From a virus (taxonomy: Duplodnaviria; Caudoviricetes): a stretch of 64,000 nt of DNA. This document shows positions 39,348-48,514 of the stretch, piece by piece. The stretch is from the IMG/VR virus record IMGVR_UViG_3300030330_005471; one strand, written 5' to 3'. The notes under the pieces are model-generated. The model made no database searches and was not told the DNA's origin. It saw only the letters and a program-made list of their open reading frames with translations. Each line of letters opens with the position of its first letter. Within the stretch, counting starts at the first letter, position 1. Position numbers and translations under genes: made by a program.

Positions 39348-39357
39348 TAGGTGACCT

Positions 39358-39723
39358 ATGGGACGTAAAGCAAAAAGAGCTAAAGTACTCGTACGACAAA
39401 TGCGAATCACAGGACAAGAGATTGATCCTGTGGTTGCTCGTCGTTGCGGTGTAGAAAAACAAAACCAACAACTCATTGATGCTCGACTTGAAAAAGAAGC
39501 AGAAGAGCGTCGCTTAGCTGAAGAAGCCGAACGCAAAGAGCGTGAAGCATTGGAAGCAAAACAAAAAGCAGAAGCCGAGGCAAAACGTAAGGCTGAAGAA
39601 GCCAAGCGAAAAGCCGAAGAAGCAGCAAAGAAAAAAGCAGAAACCGCTCGTAAGAGAAAAGAGGCTGCTGCTAAAAAGAAAGCTGCTGCTAAGAAAAAAG
39701 TACAATCTCCTGAAGAAAACTAA
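39358..39723 (+). CDS. Lys/Ala/Glu-rich basic protein
   Basis: EAKRKAEE and AAAKKK repeats. Confidence 0.55.
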   Translation: MGRKAKRAKVLVRQMRITGQEIDPVVARRCGVEKQNQQLIDARLEKEAEERRLAEEAERKEREALEAKQKAEAEAKRKAEEAKRKAEEAAKKKAETARKRKEAAAKKKAAAKKKVQSPEEN

Positions 39724-39751
39724 TTACTAATATTAATATTAGTCCTCCGTT

Positions 39752-39778
39752 GCCCCTTGCTTATGCTTGGGGCGTTTT
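39752..39778 (+). terminator. probable intrinsic terminator
   Basis: gcccc...ggggc stem followed by gtttt. Confidence 0.5.
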
Positions 39779-39820
39779 CTTATAAGGAAAACTACTTACT
39801 AAAGACTGGAGGAATCATGC

Positions 39821-41071
39821 ATGTCATTACCCACTTTAACACCAACATCAACCACATCAGCGATCACATTACCTGAAACAGGCAGTGCTGCCGATGTCGC
39901 CGCAGCCTTGCCTCTTGGCGTATATTCAAGCTCACAGCAGTTCTTAACAGGAGCCGCAGCGCAGGTTGCTTTTGTATATAAAAGACTTGGCGGAGATATT
40001 CTTGATATCGAAATAACAGCAAAGAACGTCTATGCTTCCTTCGAAGATGCAGTATTAGAATACTCTTATATTGTAAACCTTCATCAATCGAAAAATGCTC
40101 TTGGATCTGCTCTTGGATCTCCCACAGCATCATTTGATCACAAAGGTGAAGTATCGTCAGGAGCAGATGGAGCTTCACTAAAGTTTCCAAAGTTTACTTT
40201 TGATTATGCTTTTGATATCGGAGATACATTCGCAACAGAAGCAGGAGTTGGAGGTTCCGAGCCTATCTACAGTGCGTCATTTTCACCATCTTCCAACCAA
40301 CAAGATTATGATCTACAAAATATTGTCAGTGCATCATCAGCGGCTGGTGGTGTTCCTTATGCCGGATTAGTAGGTAATAATAGAATTAAAATAAGGCAGC
40401 TGTATTATATCACACCTCGGCAGATGTGGAGATTTTATGGATATTATGGCGGACTCAATGTTGTTGGAGACTTTCACAACTACGGACAGTTTGCAGACGA
40501 ATCAACCTTTCAAGTTATTCCAGCGTGGCAAAACAAACTACAGGCAGTTTCTTATGAGGATCATCTTTACACAAGAACTTCTCATTATTCATATGAGATA
40601 ATTGATAACAAGCTTAGAATTTATCCAATACCAACGAGTATATCTCCCGAAAAGTTCTGGTTCAGATTCACAATTGATGGCAATCAGTCTCCATTTACCG
40701 GAGATGCAGCATCAGGACAAGAAGGCGTCAATAATATGAACACTCTTCCGTTCCAAAATATACCATATGATAACATAAACTCGATGGGTAAACAATGGAT
40801 TAGAAGATTCTCACTCGCTCTTTGCAAGGAAGTCCTTGGACAAGTCAGAGGAAAGTTTGGTGGAACCGTTCCAATTCCCGGCGAGACCGTCAATCTCAAC
40901 GCTTCGGACCTATTGTCTCAAGCGAAAGACGAACAAGCAGCACTCAGAGAAGAATTAAACAAGATACTTGATGAAACAGTATACAGCAAACTTATCGAGA
41001 CAGATAAAGGTATGATCGACAATCAAAATGCGATTATCGCAGCCTCACCTCTCAAGATATTCGTAGGATAA
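39821..41071 (+). CDS. neck/head-tail adaptor (gp13-like)
   Basis: RLGG..LDIEI; WIRRF.LAL.KE.LG.VRGKF...PIPG..V.LN motif. Confidence 0.8.
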   Translation: MSLPTLTPTSTTSAITLPETGSAADVAAALPLGVYSSSQQFLTGAAAQVAFVYKRLGGDILDIEITAKNVYASFEDAVLEYSYIVNLHQSKNALGSALGSPTASFDHKGEVSSGADGASLKFPKFTFDYAFDIGDTFATEAGVGGSEPIYSASFSPSSNQQDYDLQNIVSASSAAGGVPYAGLVGNNRIKIRQLYYITPRQMWRFYGYYGGLNVVGDFHNYGQFADESTFQVIPAWQNKLQAVSYEDHLYTRTSHYSYEIIDNKLRIYPIPTSISPEKFWFRFTIDGNQSPFTGDAASGQEGVNNMNTLPFQNIPYDNINSMGKQWIRRFSLALCKEVLGQVRGKFGGTVPIPGETVNLNASDLLSQAKDEQAALREELNKILDETVYSKLIETDKGMIDNQNAIIAASPLKIFVG

Positions 41072-41075
41072 ATAA

Positions 41076-41570
41076 ATGTCAGATGATAACAAATGGTCAA
41101 AACCCGATGCTCCTCCCCCTCCATTATTTCTTGGAGAGAAAGAACGAAATCTTGTAAAACAAGTTAACGATGAAGTTATTGAACGAGTCGTTGGACAACA
41201 GATACTCTATTTTCCCATTGACATCGAGCACACAAACTACCATCCCGTCTACGGAGAAGCCGTTGAAAAGACATTTCTGCCGCCTGTGAGGGTTTATGCC
41301 CTTGTTGAGTATGGAGGCGTTGAAACGGCGTTTATGGACGGTGTAGCCATAGATAAGAAGACAACCGCAACTGTCAAGTTCCACAAGCGGAGACTAACCG
41401 AAGACCAAAATCTCTTTGTAAGAGAAGGAGACTTCATAAGGTACGGAACTATCTTCTATGAGATAGTTAAAACAAACGAACCAAAACAACTGTTTGGTCA
41501 AATTGACCATAAGTTCGAGATTATTGCTGAATGTATAAGAGCGAGAGACGGACTATTTAATGCGGAGTAA
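41076..41570 (+). CDS. neck/head closure protein (gp14-like)
   Basis: Position; VYGEA, EGDFI, YEI motifs. Confidence 0.7.
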   Translation: MSDDNKWSKPDAPPPPLFLGEKERNLVKQVNDEVIERVVGQQILYFPIDIEHTNYHPVYGEAVEKTFLPPVRVYALVEYGGVETAFMDGVAIDKKTTATVKFHKRRLTEDQNLFVREGDFIRYGTIFYEIVKTNEPKQLFGQIDHKFEIIAECIRARDGLFNAE

Positions 41571-41573
41571 ACT

Positions 41574-42431
41574 ATGAGCGAAAAGAAAGCAGAATTATCG
41601 ACCCTTGAAAACATTGACACCGGTTTTTATAACCATATTAACGAAATATGGGATATTCATGTCAATACAAACCGAGGATCCTATAAAGTTCCCGTATTAT
41701 GGCTCTCTGCTGAACGTACATATCAGATAAAGAACGACAGAACGTTCAGAGATTCAATTGGAAAACTCAAATTACCAATCATAACCATTGAGAGAGATAC
41801 ATTTGAAAAGGATCGTACGTTCAAGGGAGCATTCCAAGCAGATATTCCCACAGATGTGACAGAAGGTCGTCAATATAAAGCGAGACCGTTGACCGTTAAG
41901 ACGAGAATCCTTCAAGACAAGACGAGACATTATGCCTCATCTCGTTCAAACAAAGTAAACAAGGGAGATAAGAACTTTCCCGATGATAAATTTAAGACAA
42001 TTTCTAAAAAGAAGATTGTCCAAGAGGTTTTAAAGGCTCCAATGCCGGTTTATGTTAAGATCATGTATAAGATAAACCTCAGAGCCGAATATCAACAACA
42101 GATCAACGATATGATCACACCATTCATCTCGAGAACAGGACAGGTAAGTCAGTTTGTATTCGAGAACAATGGATATAGATATGAAGCTTTTATTGATGGT
42201 GCTTTTAATCAGACGAATAACTCCGAAAATCTCGGAGAAGAGGAACGCTCATTTATGACGTCCGTCAATATAAAAGTCCTTGGATATGTGATGGGCGATG
42301 GAGAGAATGATCCCCTCCCGACCATAACAACAGAGGAAAATATTGTTGAAGTCAAAATATCTCGAGAAAGAGCCATCACTCAAGATGAAATACCTTGGCT
42401 TCCAAAAGATAATAAATATCGGAGCATATAA
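41574..42431 (+). CDS. tail terminator/completion protein (gp15-like)
   Basis: Position before sheath; VPV.W...ER, LPII, PVYV...Y motifs. Confidence 0.65.
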   Translation: MSEKKAELSTLENIDTGFYNHINEIWDIHVNTNRGSYKVPVLWLSAERTYQIKNDRTFRDSIGKLKLPIITIERDTFEKDRTFKGAFQADIPTDVTEGRQYKARPLTVKTRILQDKTRHYASSRSNKVNKGDKNFPDDKFKTISKKKIVQEVLKAPMPVYVKIMYKINLRAEYQQQINDMITPFISRTGQVSQFVFENNGYRYEAFIDGAFNQTNNSENLGEEERSFMTSVNIKVLGYVMGDGENDPLPTITTEENIVEVKISRERAITQDEIPWLPKDNKYRSI

Positions 42432-42494
42432 GTTTTTGCCCGTTCACTATACTATTTATTACGAATATAGTTTTAAAAATAAGGAGATTTTTTA

Positions 42495-45400
42495 ATGCCT
42501 AGAAAATTTGATTTTATCTCGCCCGGTATCGAGTTAACAGAAATAGACAACTCCGTGTTGCCTCCTGCAAGGGATAATGACGGACCTATTATTATCGGTA
42601 GAACGAGAAAGGGACCTGCTCTCAAACCTGTCAAGATTAGAAGTCTTGATGACTACATCGCCGTATTTGGACGACCAAATGCTGGTGGCTCATCACCTTC
42701 TGGTGACCTTTGGAGAGACGGTGCTGGGGCATCTGCTCCTACTTACGCTTCATATGCTGCTCAAGCATGGTTGGCTGGTGGAACCGCACCTGTGACTGTG
42801 GTGAGACTACTTGGAGAAGACCACGCAAATGCAACCGGTGCAGCTTTGGCTGGCTGGAAGCTTGATAACAGTAAGACAAGTAACAATGCTACAAACTCAA
42901 CAGCATATGGCTTGTTTATTGTTGATAAAGCAGACCCAGCTCTTGCAAGCGGATATGGGCAAATTACAGTTGGTGGAACTGTTAACGATGGTAACAAATA
43001 TACCATTGGCAGTGTTGAATTTCAATTCGAACCATCTGCTAATTTGACAGAAAGTGCTACTCTTAGAGAAGTTATTATTCAAGGCAGTCAGAATGATAAT
43101 ATGGCAGCTTTGGTAACAAAAATAGAAGAAGCTATTACATTGGGTTTTCTAACAGATATCACAGTAGTATATAATAGTGGTACAAACACTGCTAAACTTT
43201 TTAAGACTGCTGGTGGAGCAGTGACAATCACATCAAGTGGTGGAGGTTTGGGAGTCAACGATAGTTCCATTGACGCCTATGATAGCTCAAAAGTGATAAA
43301 AACAGGTGCTTTAGCTGCCATTTTTTATGCCGCCACAGGATCTTTGGCTCTTAAAGGAGATCGTGCAGGTGGAGGTGGATCTAAGACAGCTTCATGTGTC
43401 TTGGTTGAATCTGCAAATGCTGACGTTGGTTTCCAACTAGTTGTTGTAGGTGCTGATGGCGTTACGGATGAAACAACTCCTTTTAACTTCAACAGAAATA
43501 GTGGAAACTACATCAGAAAAGTATTTAATACCAATCCTACACTAACAAACAGTAGGACAACAGCTAATGATGATTTGAAAACTTATTGGCTTGGTGAAAC
43601 ATTTGAAAGACACTTGAAGACGTACGTTACAACAACAACTGCTGGTCAGCAATATGGCGTCCTACTTCCATTAGAAAGTGGTTCTGATAACTGGGCGGAC
43701 CGGAAAGAAGGATACGCAGCTGCAACATCAGGGTGGGTAATTTCCAACTATGATGGAGATTCAGCGCTCTACGACATTACTAAGCAACCAAAAATGTTTA
43801 GGTTTGTGGCATTACAAGAAGGAGAAGATATTCAAAAGAATGTATTTATCTCAATTGAAAACTTGAACCTTCCACCGAACCCCGAGGTTTATCCTTACTC
43901 AACATTTGATGTTGTTGTGAGAAGTATTGATGGAAATGCTTTGGAAAGATTCTCAAATCTTTCAATGGATGAAAACAATGCTAACTTTATCGCACGTAGA
44001 ATTGGAGATATGTATCAAACTTGGGATTCGTCAAAAAGACGATGGAGAATGTATGGAGATTATCCAAACCAATCAGACTACATTCGTGCCGTAATGCCAG
44101 ATGTGTTACCTTCTAAGGAATCAGCTTTACCGTTTGGTTTCTTGGGACCCGGTATGCCAAAAGGCTTTGGTATAGTGGACAATGATACTAGTGCAAAATC
44201 TTTTGATCTTGGATCTGATTTTGCTGGTGCTTTTGTTGAAAATGGAGACCCATCAGATACAGAGAGTCACACAACCGACTTTATTGCTCATAATCTTACT
44301 GATTACGCAGTAAAGTTCACTTGGCCAAAACTTCAGTTGAGAAATAAAGGAACAGACGGAAATGCTTCGAATCCTTATCAAGCAATGTATGGAATCCGAC
44401 CAAAGATTAGTGACAGTTCAAGTCTTCATGATAACGACTATTGCGATTATCTCAGAGGACTACCAGCAGCTGTTAGAACAAACAATCTAGCTCCAACCGG
44501 AGATTATGAACACTCAATTACATTCTCACTAGATGAGCTTGTAATCGACTCTTCAGCTGTTACAGTAGAATATACAGAAGGTTCTCATAAGCTCAACACT
44601 GCTTATAGATCAAGTGGAAACAGCACAGCCAATCAGAACGGTTCGGTTGAAGACCTTCTTAACTTAGGGGTTTCAAACTGGGCGATGCCACTGTTTGGCG
44701 GTTTTGATGGACTTGATATTACAGAGGTTGAACCCTTCAATAATGACTTAATCAGCAGTACAGCTACTAATCTTACAGACTCTCTTACAAACTCTTTCAA
44801 CATGGCAGTAGATTCTATTGCAGATGAAGAGTTAGTACCAGCCAATCTATTGTTGGCGCCGGGTTTTAAGGCAGCACACTTGACAAACAAGCTTATCTCC
44901 GTTGCAGATAATCGTCAAGATGTTTTAGCTATTGTTGACCTTGAAGGTGACTATAAGCCAAAAGCTGAAGCTGATACATCGGATACCAAGTCTAGTAGAC
45001 GAGGCTCAGTAACTTCGGCCATTTCAAGTCTCAAGACAAGAAATATTGACTCAAGTTTTGCTTGCGCTTTCTACCCATGGGTACAAATCACAGACCGACT
45101 TGGAGGTTCAGAACTTGTATGGGTTCCACCTTCAATCGCGGCACTTGGTGCAATGGCAAAGTCTGACTCAATGACAGACGTATGGTTTGCTCCTGCTGGG
45201 TTTAACCGTGGTGGACTTGGTTCACTTGGTGGACCTTCTGGACCTACCGTCGTTCAAGCCAGACAAAGACTTGACGCAAAGGACAGAGATGATTTGTATG
45301 CTGTTGGCGTTAACCCAATCGCTTCATTTCCGAACGAAGGCCTTGTTGTTTTCGGACAAAAGACTCTTCAACAAAGATCATCAGCTCTTGACCGTATCAA

Positions 45401-45704
45401 TGTTCGTCGCTTGATGCTTTACCTCAAGAGAGAAGTTGGGCAAGTTGCAAAAGATACATTGTTCCAAAACAACGTACCAGCAACATGGGCAGATTTTAAA
45501 GGAAGGGCAGAGCCAATCCTTGCAGATGTTAAAAACCGATTCGGGTTGACCGATTACAAACTTATTCTTGATGAGACCACTACTACGCCAGATCTCATTG
45601 ATAGAAATATCTTGTATGCTAAAGTATTCCTTAAGCCTGCAAGAGCGATTGAGTATATAGCTATCGACTTCGTCATCACAAAAACTGGTGCGGATTTCGT
45701 ATAG
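42495..45704 (+). CDS. contractile tail sheath protein (gp18-like)
   Basis: FISPGI...EID start; YPW, WFAPAGFNRG, VNPI..F, GQKTLQ..SALDRINVRRL, KPARAIEYI. Confidence 0.95.
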   Translation: MPRKFDFISPGIELTEIDNSVLPPARDNDGPIIIGRTRKGPALKPVKIRSLDDYIAVFGRPNAGGSSPSGDLWRDGAGASAPTYASYAAQAWLAGGTAPVTVVRLLGEDHANATGAALAGWKLDNSKTSNNATNSTAYGLFIVDKADPALASGYGQITVGGTVNDGNKYTIGSVEFQFEPSANLTESATLREVIIQGSQNDNMAALVTKIEEAITLGFLTDITVVYNSGTNTAKLFKTAGGAVTITSSGGGLGVNDSSIDAYDSSKVIKTGALAAIFYAATGSLALKGDRAGGGGSKTASCVLVESANADVGFQLVVVGADGVTDETTPFNFNRNSGNYIRKVFNTNPTLTNSRTTANDDLKTYWLGETFERHLKTYVTTTTAGQQYGVLLPLESGSDNWADRKEGYAAATSGWVISNYDGDSALYDITKQPKMFRFVALQEGEDIQKNVFISIENLNLPPNPEVYPYSTFDVVVRSIDGNALERFSNLSMDENNANFIARRIGDMYQTWDSSKRRWRMYGDYPNQSDYIRAVMPDVLPSKESALPFGFLGPGMPKGFGIVDNDTSAKSFDLGSDFAGAFVENGDPSDTESHTTDFIAHNLTDYAVKFTWPKLQLRNKGTDGNASNPYQAMYGIRPKISDSSSLHDNDYCDYLRGLPAAVRTNNLAPTGDYEHSITFSLDELVIDSSAVTVEYTEGSHKLNTAYRSSGNSTANQNGSVEDLLNLGVSNWAMPLFGGFDGLDITEVEPFNNDLISSTATNLTDSLTNSFNMAVDSIADEELVPANLLLAPGFKAAHLTNKLISVADNRQDVLAIVDLEGDYKPKAEADTSDTKSSRRGSVTSAISSLKTRNIDSSFACAFYPWVQITDRLGGSELVWVPPSIAALGAMAKSDSMTDVWFAPAGFNRGGLGSLGGPSGPTVVQARQRLDAKDRDDLYAVGVNPIASFPNEGLVVFGQKTLQQRSSALDRINVRRLMLYLKREVGQVAKDTLFQNNVPATWADFKGRAEPILADVKNRFGLTDYKLILDETTTTPDLIDRNILYAKVFLKPARAIEYIAIDFVITKTGADFV

Positions 45705-45742
45705 CAGTCTAGTTATAATAGTATTAATAGGAGAACTACATA

Positions 45743-46348
45743 ATGGCATTTTGGACAACAGGGGGTGACGCTAAAGACCCGAAAAGAAATTTTAGATTTA
45801 AGGTTATCATTAATGGATTTGCTGTAGGAGCAAATGGCGGACAAGCCAACGTCGAAGGTGATTCTACAGTTTGGTGGGCAAAAAAAGTTCAGAAGCCCAA
45901 TTTTACAGTAGCCGAATCAAAGCATGTATTTATGGGACACTCTTTTTATTGGCCCGGAAAAACAGAATGGCAAGAAATCAGTTTGACTCTTGTTGATCCT
46001 GTTTCGCCTGATGCGGTTGCTATTTTAAGCAATATCCATGAGAGATCAGGATATCGGTTGCCAAAAACAGAAGAAGGCGGTCTAGTAACCCAGTCGAAGA
46101 GCAAGTCAAAAGCTGCTCTAAATACAGTTAAAATTGTTCAAATCGATGCAGATGATAGACCAGTTGAAACTTGGACCTTGCATCATCCATTTATCAAAAA
46201 AATATCCTTCTCGGATCTTGATTATGAAAATGATGATTTGACAACAGTAGACCTCACCCTAAGATATGATTGGGCTGAATGTGATACTAGTGTTACTGAA
46301 GGAACTGGTACCGGATTCTTTAATGCCAATGGACCAGCTCTTCCTTAA
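45743..46348 (+). CDS. tail tube protein (gp19-like)
   Basis: Follows sheath; PKR.FRF, W..I.LT.VDP, ETWTL, LRYDWA. Confidence 0.85.
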   Translation: MAFWTTGGDAKDPKRNFRFKVIINGFAVGANGGQANVEGDSTVWWAKKVQKPNFTVAESKHVFMGHSFYWPGKTEWQEISLTLVDPVSPDAVAILSNIHERSGYRLPKTEEGGLVTQSKSKSKAALNTVKIVQIDADDRPVETWTLHHPFIKKISFSDLDYENDDLTTVDLTLRYDWAECDTSVTEGTGTGFFNANGPALP

Positions 46349-46362
46349 GAGAGGAGTAACTC

Positions 46363-47412
46363 ATGGCATTTTGGACATCAGTTGACGTAGAACCTAAACG
46401 TAAATCTCGCTTCCTTGTTGAACTTGGTAGCGGGTTTATTTTAACCAGTGTAAAGACGTGTTCCAAACCAACAGCTGATGTTGATATAAAAGAGTATCAA
46501 CTCATCAATCATAAGTTTAAATATCCGGGCATCGTTACATGGCAACCGGTAAAAATAACTTTTGTTGATATGGCGGGGCAAAAACCGGAAGGACATCAAA
46601 CAGTTTCAACAGCTATTATGCTTGAAAGAATGTTGAAATATTCTGGATACAATATTCCTACAAGGGCAAATGGACCAATTGCAAAAGACGGCCCACAAAG
46701 AGAACTCTCAGCTCCAGAAAAGGCATCAACAATAGCAAACTCGTTTGGTACAGGTCTTCATGGCGCAGCAGATACCAACATGGCACAGGTTTTAAATTCA
46801 GCTAAGAAGGGTGGAACGAACAACCAATCAATTAAAATACACCAACTGACACCTGATGGTACAAAGTCAGTTGAAACTTGGATTCTACACAATCCTCAGA
46901 TAAAAAGTGTTTCTTGGGGAGATCTAGCATATGACTCCGATGATTTTATAGAATATTCGGTAGAGATAGTGTATGATTTTGCAGAGATGCAAATAGGAGC
47001 TAAAATACCGGCTCTTAGTGATTTTGATAAAGCTGCTGCGATGAATGCTGGTATCTCATCAGAGCTTAATGCTCAAAAAAGTTTTGAAGAAGTTCAAGCA
47101 GAGATTGCAAGAAGGGCGGCAGTCAATGATGCACTTGACAGTGTTCAGTTATCAGATACTAGTGGTATTGGTGGAGGACGAGATCTTGGAGCAGTAACCG
47201 GAATGGGTGGCGGCACAGTAGGTGAGCTCGGAGCAACAGACACTGCTAGCATATCAGAAACATATTCAAATACTTATGAAAGAAAAAAGAAATCTACTGC
47301 ATACTTTGGTTCTTATGAATCAACACAAAATAATTTTATAGAGCCAGAACATATTCAGATAGAAAATGCTTTTTACGAACCTGATAGATATCAGAAGAAA
47401 AACAAAGAATAA
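46363..47412 (+). CDS. second tail-tube-like protein with C-terminal extension
   Basis: MAFWT...PKR..RF...YPG..W...ETW.L...YD paralogous to previous gene. Confidence 0.75.
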   Translation: MAFWTSVDVEPKRKSRFLVELGSGFILTSVKTCSKPTADVDIKEYQLINHKFKYPGIVTWQPVKITFVDMAGQKPEGHQTVSTAIMLERMLKYSGYNIPTRANGPIAKDGPQRELSAPEKASTIANSFGTGLHGAADTNMAQVLNSAKKGGTNNQSIKIHQLTPDGTKSVETWILHNPQIKSVSWGDLAYDSDDFIEYSVEIVYDFAEMQIGAKIPALSDFDKAAAMNAGISSELNAQKSFEEVQAEIARRAAVNDALDSVQLSDTSGIGGGRDLGAVTGMGGGTVGELGATDTASISETYSNTYERKKKSTAYFGSYESTQNNFIEPEHIQIENAFYEPDRYQKKNKE

Positions 47413-47435
47413 TCTAATTACAATACGAGGTGAAA

Positions 47436-48287
47436 ATGATTAGAAATAACGAAGACCGAACAGGTCCACGGTCCACGGCAGCCGATGAAGTGCCCGCTGA
47501 AATAAAAGAAATGATGAATCCAATGGATTTCGTCGCACCAACTGAGTTTGTTGAGCTTCCATCACAAGGAGTAGGATATCCGCAAGGACACCCCCTCAAT
47601 GGTCAAGACTCAATTGAAATACGCTTTATGACAGCAAAAGAAGAAGATATATTGACTTCCCAAACTCTTTTGAAAAAGGGAGTCGCTATTGAACGCGTAT
47701 TGCAATCTCTCGTCAAAGATAAATCAATCGATGTTGGGACAATGCTCATAGGAGACCGTAACGCTATATTGGTCGCCGCCAGATCATCAGCATATGGTGA
47801 GTGGTATAAGACAACAGTTAACTGCCCCAATTGCGGAGAACAGAACAAGAAAGCCTTCAAATTGACCAATCCATCAATATATCATGGAGATAATTTTGAA
47901 GATTACGATATTGAAAAAACAGAGAACGGAACATATAATGTTTCTCTTCCATATTCAAAACTTGTTATTGAATGTCGACTATTAACAGGAGCAGATGAGC
48001 TCTCTATTGTCAAGCACATGCAAAAGAAAAATAAAAAGAGCGAAGAGGGCTTGGTATTAAATCAAATGGCTCTTTATATTGTCTCCGTCAATGGATATAC
48101 AGAACAAAAAGCAATTATCTATACGATACAAAATATGGTAGCAGCAGATTCTAGATATCTCAGAAATGCTGTTAAAACCTTCACACCTCAGTTAAAAATC
48201 TCTGAACACTTTGAGTGCAACTCCTGTGGCCACGAACAGGAATTGGAGGTGCCCTTTGGGGCGGACTTTTTTTGGCCTGACCGATGA
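47436..48287 (+). CDS. tail assembly chaperone / gp26-like hub protein
   Basis: VELPSQG, MTAKEEDIL, two CxxC, FFWP end; lies between tube and tape measure. Confidence 0.75.
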   Translation: MIRNNEDRTGPRSTAADEVPAEIKEMMNPMDFVAPTEFVELPSQGVGYPQGHPLNGQDSIEIRFMTAKEEDILTSQTLLKKGVAIERVLQSLVKDKSIDVGTMLIGDRNAILVAARSSAYGEWYKTTVNCPNCGEQNKKAFKLTNPSIYHGDNFEDYDIEKTENGTYNVSLPYSKLVIECRLLTGADELSIVKHMQKKNKKSEEGLVLNQMALYIVSVNGYTEQKAIIYTIQNMVAADSRYLRNAVKTFTPQLKISEHFECNSCGHEQELEVPFGADFFWPDR

Positions 48288-48456
48288 ATATTCTGAGCAA
48301 GTATATGAGACATTCTTTACTCTGAAACATTATGGTGGATGGTCACTTTATGAACTTTATAACCTTCCGGTCGGTCTCCGACAATGGTGGTTAGAAAGAA
48401 CAATGAAAGAGTATGAGAAAGAAAAAGAGCAGATGGAGAAGTCCATGAAAAGATAA
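48268..48456 (+). CDS. frameshift-accessed C-terminal extension of the chaperone (GT-like)
   Basis: No ATG/RBS start; entered from the T7 run; W...E.Y.LP...R.W pattern typical of gpT-like segments. Confidence 0.7.
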   Translation, partial: FFGLTDEYSEQVYETFFTLKHYGGWSLYELYNLPVGLRQWWLERTMKEYEKEKEQMEKSMKR

Positions 48457-48479
48457 AATGCCTTAACGGGCATTTTTTT
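48455..48479 (+). terminator. intrinsic terminator
   Basis: aaaatgcc-ttaacg-ggcatttt hairpin plus T run. Confidence 0.7.
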
Positions 48480-48514
48480 GTTGAAGCTAATTACATATAG
48501 TAAGAGGGCATTAT

